From assembly GCF_009834535.1 (NCBI RefSeq), contig NC_045716.1:22072001-22136000 (forward strand): a DNA stretch of 64,000 nucleotides. The letters run 5' to 3'. The position numbers were made by a program, and so were the translations under genes. Shown piece by piece: positions 51,885 through 64,000 of the stretch. Every line of letters starts with the position of its first letter. Within the stretch, counting starts at the first letter, position 1. The notes below the pieces were generated by a model. It was not told the DNA's origin. It did not search any database and saw nothing but the letters and a program-made list of their open reading frames with translations. Source of the stretch: Camelus ferus (Eukaryota).

Positions 51885-54800
51885 NNNNNNNNNNNNNNNN
51901 NNNNNNNNNNNNNNNNNNNNNNNNNNNNNNNNNNNNNNNNNNNNNNNNNNNNNNNNNNNNNNNNNNNNNNNNNNNNNNNNNNNNNNNNNNNNNNNNNNNN
52001 NNNNNNNNNNNNNNNNNNNNNNCCCCAAACTCCCCCCCCAACCCTTAGCAACACCCTCTGTCACTTCCTGGTTTTTCACCCGCCCCCCCAGGCCCCCCTC
52101 CCTCCGCCCAATAAGGACATAAACTTCAACCCCTTGGTCCAGCCAGTCTCTGCAGGGAGCAGATGGATCCCTCCCTCTTTTTTCGCTCTTCTTTCAAGCT
52201 CTTACTTTGCTCTCCAAGCCTTTCCCACNNNNNNNNNNNNNNNNNNNNNNNNNNNNNNNNNNNNNNNNNNNNNNNNNNNNNNNNNNNNNNNNNNNNNNNN
52301 NNNNNNNNNNNNNNNNNNNNNNNNNNNNNNNNNNNNNNNNNNNNNNNNNNNNNNNNNNNNNCGACCCCCATCCAGCCCTCCGCCGCCGTTCCGCCCCGCC
52401 CCCTGCACTCCACCGCCCTGTCCACCCATTGGCCTGAACACCCGCTCATCCCAAATGGGTCCCGCCTTGCGTTGGGCCAGGGAGGGGGCGGAGCGGAGGG
52501 GCTGGCCTGAGACCTGGAGGAGGGGAAGAGGAGGGGGCAGTGTCCGCAGCGGCCGAGGAGCCGAGCACCGCCCCATCAAGGGCTCCCACTCCTTCAAGAG
52601 GGGCTTCTGTAGGGTCAGCACCTCGTGAGGGAAGGGTATGAGAGGTTAAAGATAGGCTAGGTTGTGATGAGACGGGGACTTAGGTAATTGAGGGAGGGGG
52701 TCCCGTGAGGGGCTATAATCAGGTCAGGGCCCCGGGAGGTAGGGGGAGGGGAGCCACCCGGCCATCAACTCCAGCTCCTCCGCCCCCCCCCCCCCCAGAG
52801 GGAGAGGGGGAGTTGAGGCTGCCGGCACCCTGCGTCCCTCCCCACGCGTGACGGCGCCCCGCGGGGAGGGAAAGGCGCCTTGGGCTAGCAGCCTCTGCGC
52901 TCCAGCCGGTGCCCGCTGCGGCCTTGGCATTGTCGGAGGGGAGGGGCCGGGTCCGCGAAGAGGGAGGGGGAGGCGCGCTCACGCTCCTGCTCCCCGCCTC
53001 CATCCCGCCGTTCCTTAAGTGGAGAAACTGAGTCTCCGCGAAGGAGGGACCTCTGGACTTGGATTCGCTCAGAGACCTAGGTGGTCTGTGTGTTTTAGAA
53101 TTTGTGTGTGGGTTTGGGGGAAGTCAGGATGCGTACTTCAGTGCCCCCCAAATGAGGAAGGTAGTCTGTGTGGGACGCTTCCAACTGGGCCTGAGGCGCT
53201 ACGTACCCCAAAGAGCCCCTCCCAGTAGTATAAAACGGATTCAGATCCGGCTACCGCGGGCCAGATTCCACTCCCCGCGGCCGGCTGGGCCGAACCGGGT
53301 CGGACTCGCTTTCTCCANNNNNNNNNNNNNNNNNNNNNNNNNNNNNNNNNNNNNNNNNNNNNNNNNNNNNNNNNNNNNNNNNNNNNNNNNNNNNNNNNNN
53401 NNNNNNNNNNNNNNNNNNNNNNNNNNNNNNNNNNNNNNNNNNNNNNNNNNNNNNNNNNNNNNNNNGGGCGGAGTCCCGGTCCCTCCCTNNNNNNNNNNNN
53501 NNNNNNNNNNNNNNNNNNNNNNNNNNNNNNNNNNNNNNNNNNNNNNNNNNNNNNNNNNNNNNNNNNNNNNNNNNNNNNNNNNNNNNNNNNNNNNNNNNNN
53601 NNNNNNNNNNNNNNNNNNNNNNNNNNNNNNNNNNNNNNNNNNNNGGTAGCAGCAGCAGGCATGGGGCGCTCCTACTCGGGTAATCCGCTCCGGATTTTCC
53701 TGTCGTCCCTGTCCCCCTTGGGTCCAGAGGTTGGTCACTGCTCCGGGTTTTCTTCTCGGCCCCGCTGGACAGATTCTGGTTCGTGAGGGCCCAGAGCCGG
53801 TGGGGTCCAGGCCAGGGTTTTTCCTTTCCTTCTCCAGCCGTCGGGGTCGCGCTAGCCTGAGGAAGGGCTATGCTAGGGGCTAGACGACAGTGTCAGATAC
53901 ACAAGTGAAATGGAGAGGGGCTGCCTCGGGGTGGAGGGGGGCATGGCCGAAGAAAGGGGGGGGGGAGTGGCTCAGGGAGGACAGAGCCAGGGCCTCCAGG
54001 GGCAATAGAAGAGAGAGTGCCTTGGCACCAGCCCTTAGGTTATAGAGAAGCGAATAGGAGGCTCGCCCCTTAGGGGTTCGCGCCAGGCGTCTTGCTGGAC
54101 CGAGCCTGGATCTTTCAAGGCCAGAATGCCATTTCTCACTTGAGTCTCGACAGTCCTGGAACCTCCTGTCAGTTCCTCAGTGACCCCCTCCCACATTCTC
54201 TTCTGGTCCACACAGCTCCCCTTTCCTCACTCAGAAGTCGGAGGGGGGAACCCCGACTTGAAATTCCCGCCTACCCCCCAGCTCCGGGCCTTTACCGCGC
54301 CAAACCACTGAGACTGCTGCGGCCAAGAAACGCTGACTGGGGGCCCGCCCCCTCCCAGGAAACCCCGGCCGGGCCCGTGGGGCCTGCCACCACCTCTGCC
54401 CCGCCACGAGGCCCGTACTGGAACTGGGAACTGGAGGGCAGGTGTGGGATCTCTAGCGGCCTCCTGGGGATCGGGGAGCGTCCCAGATCCGCACGTTCGA
54501 ACTTCAATCGTCAGGCGGCCAACTAGTCCTTAATTTGGGGGGGAAATTAGCAGGAGATGGGTAAATACCCGGAGAGTGAGGTGGTTGACTGAAGAAAAGG
54601 ATGAAAGCCCAGGTTGGGAGTTAACCCTTTCTAGGGAGAACTGCGCACCTGGGGCTGGGGACTGATTCAGAGTGACAGCCAGGTGCTAGGACTGGCCCGG
54701 CCACGTGCGTCAAACGGGCAGCTGCGGAGGAGTTAGATGCTTGCAGAGCCTGGCGGAGAGAGAGCTTCTGGAGGGAAGAAAGGCAAGGCTCTGCCTGGGC

Positions 54801-54949
54801 GGAGTCCCGAGTGAGTGGGTCTAGGGGCCCGTTTTGGAATGTGGGGTGGGGGGGGCTGAGCTGGAAGCGGAGCGTCAGCCTCCGACCGGCGCCCACCTCT
54901 TCCCCGCTCCCCCCCTTCCCAGGGCTGCCTCCGCTTCCCTCGAAAAACC

Positions 54950-55030
54950 CGCCGCCCAGGAAACCACTGGGGGCGCTCAGACCGCAGCCCCAGCGCCCCC
55001 ACCGCGACCGCCCAACCCACCTGAAGGGGC
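54950..55030. promoter_or_regulatory. Candidate ThPOK silencer (distal regulatory element) core
   Basis: Runx-type ACCGCA at 54981-54986, ~3 kb upstream of distal exon 1, the position I recall for the mouse Zbtb7b silencer. Confidence 0.5.
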
Positions 55031-56394
55031 CGTGGCTGCCAGGGTTGCCCCCCTCCCGCCGACTCCCCCCACACCTGCGGGCGGCACTATTTATAACCCA
55101 GCGCCTATTCCGGGCCTCTGGGCGGGAGCCGGCTGCTGCGCAGCACTAATCGTCGCCTGGATCTCTGCGCCCCCCAGGGCGGGGGGAGATAAATTTAGCC
55201 TCAGGAAGCTCGGGGGAACATTTTCCAAAACTCCACGTCCCAGAGAAGGCGAAACAGAACCCTCTGCCCTCAGCCTCCCTCGGGCCAGCCACGAGGCGGC
55301 GCAGGTCCCCCGGCTTCTCGAACCCAGCCGGCAGTCGGGTCGCTGCTTCGAAGCTGCGGTGGGTAAAGGGCTGAGAGCTAACGACCGCAGGGTACTGAGG
55401 GGGCGGAGGTCAGAGAGCCCAGAGAATAGCCAGAAGAGTAGGTATGCCCCCAAAGCTGGCAAAGAGTCTGGAGTAGAAAGTCACAGCCGGGCGTAACTGA
55501 GAAAGGACTTCTGCCCTTTGAAGGGGAAATAACTCATATGCAAACAAGATGCAAATAGGAACGCAAATAAGAGCCTATGCCCTTGGTAGAGGGGTGCTCT
55601 GCGCTCTGGTGCTAGAGAAACAACTGCCGCACTCCTCTTTCTGCCCATCTCTCAGTGTTGCTGGGAAAACGTAGGACCCCCCCCCCCCCCCGCCAAGATC
55701 ATCATTGTAATATCCAGTTTATTGTGCGCGGCTCCTCAGACCACTTCTCATGACCACTCTACTCCACCTGTCTTCTGCACACCACTGAGGGTCTTATATC
55801 CAACGTAATCAGCTAGGAATCCTGGATGTCAGGCCGCACCTCCTCCTCATGCTGCTATTCTTGGGGGTCACTTCCAGCTCTGCGTTGTCTCCTCCATTTT
55901 ACTCTGCCCATTCCTCTACCTATTGTGGTCACTAGAGGGCCCCGGGGAGCCGAGGGGGTAGATGAAATCTTACCCATCCTTCCCTGTCTTGGAGAGCTCC
56001 CTTTATCCGCTCCCCCAATCTCCCCCGCAGTGAGTTCCTGAGAGAGTAGCTTGGACACTCAAAAACCTGAGCTTTCTCTGGTTGGGAAGAGAACATTGCA
56101 GGGAAACTGCCACATCTCTCTTTCCTTTCTAGAGGAGTGAGGAGGTGTAGTGCAGGGGATCATCTCCTGTCCTTGGATTACGTGGAAAGGGGCTAGCTGG
56201 GCCTCCCAGCTGAGCTGGGGAGCTCAAGGACAAGGGGAGCTCAGGCTGAGGTGAAGTGGGAAACATGGGTGGGTGCAGAATGTGGGTGGTAGTCCCCTCC
56301 ACAATTTTGCTGGCCTGGCCCTGCCTCCACTGCTACTAAGGCCACCATGCTAAGCACCAGTTCAGAAGAGGAAGGCAGGCTAATCGAGAGAAAC

Positions 56395-56550
56395 CCAGAA
56401 TTGGAGGTGAGAAAATCTGGGTTCACTGAATGACTACCCTACTGCAGTGTGCTGTGTGTGTGACTTTGGAGGGGTCCTTTCACCTGCCTGGGCTTGTTCC
56501 TTCACATTAAGATGGGATAAGTGGACTTTTGTAAGGCTCAAAGCACTTTG
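56395..56550 (+). mobile_element. MIR fragment
   Basis: atctgggttc...gtgtgactttgg...taagatgggataa. Confidence 0.5.
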
Positions 56551-57249
56551 TAGCTAAAAAGGGCTCTTGGAATGGTATATGAGGTTTTTGTTACTCTCCC
56601 CATCCTTCTCCTCAGTCTTTCTACTTTCAGGGCTCTCTTTCCATCTCTGACACTCTCTTGGGGCTACTGGCAGTCTTCACTCCTCTCCCTCCTTCAGCTC
56701 CCCAGCACTGGTCCCACCACATGCCGCAGCCCACAGCACCCTGCCTTCTTCCACCTACCACTTCCGCAGTGGCCTTTGCCAGACATCCCCTCCCCTGGCA
56801 AAAGCCCCTGTGCTCAGAACTCTCAGGCTCCAGGATTCACCTTCAGACACTGCCCCAGCTTGGTGGGAGTGGGGCCTAAGAAAGGAAAAGGAGGCAGACA
56901 GCTAGAGCTTGAGTCAGGGAAGGGCTGGAGCTGCCAAGCAGGGTGCAGGATATGAGGGGGAGGGGGAACCCCAAATTCAGGTGGGAAGGTGAAGTCTGTG
57001 TCTACCACTACCACTAACCTCTGTCTGGTTGGATTCAGGACCTTCTCACTACTGTGCCATGAGGCAAGAGAACTGACCTGTGTTTTGTGGATGCCTAAAG
57101 AGGGGCTGCCAGGGATGAGAAATTATCTTGAATTAGATTACTATAGAGTACCATGCTACTGTCTAGAAGAATGGACAGGCTCTAGGTATACTGAAGCGGA
57201 ATCCTGCACAGGGTATGTTCAGAGAAAACAGCAAGGTGCAGAATAGGGG

Positions 57250-58450
57250 GTAGAGCATGTTACCAACTACAAGGACAAGTGTATGCAGAAGGAAGCCACT
57301 TCCAACCACTGCGATTGCTATAACCCTGCTCTGAGCCACCAATGTGTCTGGCCCCGTTTGTGCACATTACCTCCTAAAAGGTCTCTCCTCTTCTACCCTT
57401 GCTCCCCTAAAGTCTATTCTCAACCCAGCAGCCAGTGTGAGCCTTTTAAAATTAAAAAAAAAAAATGAGTTCATGCTCAGTTGCCTGCAATAGTTCCTCA
57501 TTTTGCTTAGCATAAAATCTCAAGTTCTTACCCTGGCCTCCTAGACCCTCCATAATCTGCCCCAACTCCCATCCCCAGCTGGACTTTTTCTTTTCCCATA
57601 GCACTTATCATCTAATAACATCAATGTACTTATTTTTTTATGTTTATATTTTATTTTCTGTGTCCACCCACCAGAACTTCAGCTCCATGAATACAGGGAT
57701 CTATTTTGATGACATTGGCCATGTTCAGGGTGGTATGGCCATAGACAGCTACAGGGATCTGTTTTGTTCACTGCTGTATTCAAAGTGGCCAGTTTGGCAT
57801 ACAGCAGATGCTCAGTAATTTTTGTTAAATGGATGAATGAATGCATGTTTACTGCCATTTCCAACAATATAGATGTAACTGGAGGGTATTATGCTTAGTG
57901 AAATAAGTCAGATAAAGATAAATACTGTATGTTATCACTTATATGTGGAATCTAAAAAATAAAACAAATGAATGAATATAACAAAACAGAAACAGGCTTA
58001 CAGATCTAGAGAACAAACAAGTGGTTACTAGTGGAGAGGGAAGGGGGAGGGGTAAAATAGAGGTAGGGGATTAAGAGGTACAAACTACTATGTATAAAAT
58101 AAATAAGCTATAGGGGTATATTTTATAGCACAGGGAATATATCCAATCTTTTATAAGAACTTTAACTGTAACATAATTTATAAAAATTTTGAATCACTAT
58201 GTTATACACCTGAAACTAAAGTAATATGGTAAATCAAATTTAAAAACTGAAAAAAAATGAATGAATGAATGAATGAATCAATGAAGATGCAGTATATGCA
58301 TAGACTATCTCTGGAATGCTATCCAAGAAACTGGTCACCATGGTTACCTCCATGGAGGACAGCTGGGGGGTTGGGGGTTGGTGTGGGGGAGGGAGATACT
58401 TTTTACTACCAGAATTCTTTACTCTAGGCATATATAACTTTGACCAAAAA
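57250..58450 (+). mobile_element. L2 3' region with inserted L1 3' end (57870-58257) and an older L1 fragment
   Basis: ggagggtattatgcttagtgaaataagtcag...; (GAAT)n on both sides. Confidence 0.75.
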
Positions 58451-58616
58451 ACAAAAAAACAAAGAAAGAAAGAAAATAAGTCCAGAGAAAAAGGAGTAAA
58501 CTAAGATGTCGGAATAAGATCTGGTCCCTGAATGTGGGGGAGGGCAGCAGACATGACTTCCAGGCCAGTGTCCCAGGAGAGAAAGGGGAGGGGCAATAAC
58601 TGGATCCCAAGACGGG

Positions 58617-58666
58617 CCAGGGAATTCTGGGTAGAGATCCCAGGGAATTCTGGGTAGAGACCCCAG
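58617..58666. repeat. 23-bp tandem repeat, 2.2 copies
   Basis: ccagggaattctgggtagaga(t/c)c twice, then ccag. Confidence 0.9.
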
Positions 58667-59302
58667 AGACACTTTGAACAAGCCTGGCTGGCTCTGAGGT
58701 CATGGGGGGCTGGGAGTAGGTCTGTCAGTAAGCAGGAGCAAGACAATGCAGGGGGCTGGTGTGTACCTATCACTGGGAGTGATTCAGGAGAGTATGTGTT
58801 GGTGGTTGCCAAGGGGAAGTGAAGAGTCAATTCTGCTCATTCTGGCTTTGTGTCCTGTGCACTGTCATAAGCCTGAGGGACCTGTGTGGCCACACAGGCA
58901 GCTTTCTCTTGCAGCTTTGTGTGTGAGCTGGAAGAGAGGGGGCTGACTTCCTCTGTGAGCTGGGGACTCATGTCAGCCCAGTGCTTTCCCCAAGATCTTT
59001 AGAGGCAGGAAGCTGGCCAGACCAGGTCTTCTATTTGGGTTCCCATCCTTACATGCAGGCCTCCCAGAAGACCCCACCCAAACTGGACTCCTCCCTATCT
59101 ACAAGCTGGGAGGAACCTGGCCTTTCCACCCTCCACCCTCCCCACCCAGGCACCAGTGAGTCAGGAAACCTGGCTTTCAGTCTCAGCTCTATCTAGGACA
59201 ACCTCCTTCCACCCCGGGTCTGCACCCTGGATCCCAAGTCCTTTCAGTGCTGATTTTTCTGCTTCCCCTTTAGACATTTAGAACTTTTGACCTCAAGGCT
59301 TA

Positions 59303-59308
59303 TTTATT
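59303..59308 (-). terminator. LENEP: LENEP polyadenylation signal AATAAA
   Basis: tttatt on plus strand, ~490 nt after the stop. Confidence 0.7.
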
Positions 59309-59798
59309 GTATATATAGTTCAGTGATTCTCAAACAGAGATCCTGGGGCCCAGCCCATTCCTGGTACTAAAAGGACAGTATGGTAAGATAAACCATCTGG
59401 GCAGGTGGGCTCACTGTGCCAGGCTTGGAGGAGTGCCAGTTCCTGCTGCAGTCTGACTGGGGTCCTAGCCAGCAGGCCAGGTTCCTGTGCACCATAGGTA
59501 AACCAGAGGTGGGGGCTGGGAATGGAGATGCCCAGAGATGAGGCAGTTCTGATGGATGGCACAGACTCAAAGCAGGATCGCACTTCACTTGCTGTTCGTG
59601 GCCCATCCTTGGGCGAGCACAGCTGGTGCCAGGAGTCTTCACGAGGGCTGGGCCGGGAGCTAAAAAAGAGAACGGGAAGCTGAGAGGCAGGCTGCACCAC
59701 AGAAGCTGCAGTCATGCCTCCCGAGGGTTTGTCCCACCCCACCCACCTGAGTGATGCCTGCTCTGGTCCCAGGGGGAGGAGGCAGGTCCCTGCTTCCA

Positions 59799-59984
59799 TT
59801 AATCCAGCAGCTCCTTGATACACCAGCAGCAGAGGAGGATGTAGACAACTTCCTTCAGGGTCCGCTGCAGGCCCTCCCACCCTGTGCCCATCTTTATGAT
59901 GGGCACCCGGAGTCCAGTGTCTTGCAGGACCCCTCCAAGGGAGAAGGGTAGGGCCTGGGCTAGGGGCTGTGTCCGGGGCTGCAT
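59799..59984 (-). CDS. LENEP: Lens epithelial protein (LEP503), single coding exon, 61 aa
   Basis: MQPRTQPLAQALPFSLGG...YILLCCWCIKELLD; expected position between ZBTB7B and FLAD1. Confidence 0.96.
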   Translation of the reverse strand: MQPRTQPLAQALPFSLGGVLQDTGLRVPIIKMGTGWEGLQRTLKEVVYILLCCWCIKELLD

Positions 59985-60030
59985 GCGGGTAGCAGCTCTG
60001 GGGAAGGGTGTGGGAGCTGTCTTTAGTGCC

Positions 60031-60139
60031 TTTTATCAACATGGTCCCCACCCCCTTCAGACCTCATGACTGTGGGGACAAAGGCCCCTGGGTCTAGCAC
60101 AGGGAAGGTTCTGGGCCAGAGAATGGGCTGAGTCAGCCC
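60031..60139 (-). promoter_or_regulatory. LENEP: LENEP proximal promoter: TATA-like GATAAAA and MARE-like palindrome
   Basis: GATAAAA at 60031-60037; GGGCTGAGTCAGCCC at 60125-60139. Confidence 0.5.
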
Positions 60140-60524
60140 CTGTGCTCAGGGATTGGGGGGGGGGGTGGGGTCAGGAGGAGGAGGGCCTGGCTACTCCATC
60201 TTTCATCCTCCACAGCCAGGCCTGCTTAGCTTCCCTTCTTTCAGCCTGCGCCTCAAAACCCTGTGTGCCCTGCCTGCCTGCCTGTCCCTTCCCCCAAAGG
60301 TTGGCACCACTCTCTTCTCCTGCCCTCCGGTGGGCTACTGTGCAGGTTGGCACTAAGAATCATCAATGAGAGCTCCTTTCTGGAGCTCTGTCTCCCCTCC
60401 TGTGCCCCTGACCCCTGAGAGTGAGCACTGCCGGCTCCCAGCTACCAGGGCCTGGCCCACTTCTGCTTCTCCCATCCCCAGAAGCAGGAAGACACAGCCA
60501 GAGCAACAGGCATATGAGAGGTGG

Positions 60525-60530
60525 TTTATT
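60525..60530 (-). terminator. FLAD1: FLAD1 polyadenylation signal AATAAA
   Basis: tttatt 55 nt after the stop. Confidence 0.8.
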
Positions 60531-60585
60531 GACAGGCTACACCGCGGGACGCCCCCCTTCCCTCCCTCCTCCAGTGGGCGGGAGG

Positions 60586-64000
<3,415 letters not shown>

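Larger units (their letters stand above)
50750..55450. promoter_or_regulatory. Large gap-interrupted CpG-island complex around the ZBTB7B distal promoter
   Basis: Dense CpG, GC boxes, G/C runs and four N-gaps inside it. Confidence 0.7.

Noticed and set aside
44107-53738. ORFs containing long X stretches
   Set aside because: They are open only because the N-gaps contain no stops.
54490-54510. GTTCGAA as a possible Pol III B-box or tRNA
   Set aside because: No A-box or cloverleaf context.
58617-58666. Direct repeats as a CRISPR-like array
   Set aside because: Adjacent copies without spacers, in a mammalian genome.
59320-60051. 243-aa minus-strand ORF overlapping LENEP in another frame
   Set aside because: No recognisable homology or domain; LENEP explains the locus. 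Not excluded without Ribo-seq.

Overview
Eukaryotic (placental mammal) genomic DNA, GC-rich, with 14 short N-gaps. It is the block syntenic with human 1q21.3: ADAM15 (minus, complete, 23 exons, ~866 aa), DCST1 (minus, 16 coding exons, 706 aa), DCST2 (plus, 15 exons, head-to-head with DCST1, ~721 aa), ZBTB7B/ThPOK (minus, tail-to-tail with DCST2, part of the zinc-finger exon in a gap), LENEP (minus, 61 aa) and the 3' part of FLAD1 (minus, runs off the window end). I read the exon boundaries from splice signals and frame continuity. Gene names rest on my recall of the human proteins, with no database search. Repeats are old MIR, L2, MaLR and MER3 plus L1 3' ends. I recognised no Alu, B1, Bov or CHR SINEs, which weakly suggests a laurasiatherian, possibly a camelid. 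I found no rRNA, tRNA or CRISPR. The most unusual observations are: a 75-bp palindrome with two ZNF143-type motifs around a Runx site in ZBTB7B intron 1; a premature stop with a decayed tail in DCST2; an in-frame 18-nt tandem duplication in DCST2; a 42-nt copy of DCST2 exon 6 inside intron 2; an in-frame stop-free GC-AG intron in ADAM15; a putative 1.37-kb solo LTR pointing toward DCST2; and an ATG-less ZBTB7B N-terminal extension exon. I see no evidence of a wholly new gene system. The novelty is in lineage-specific changes and regulatory structure.
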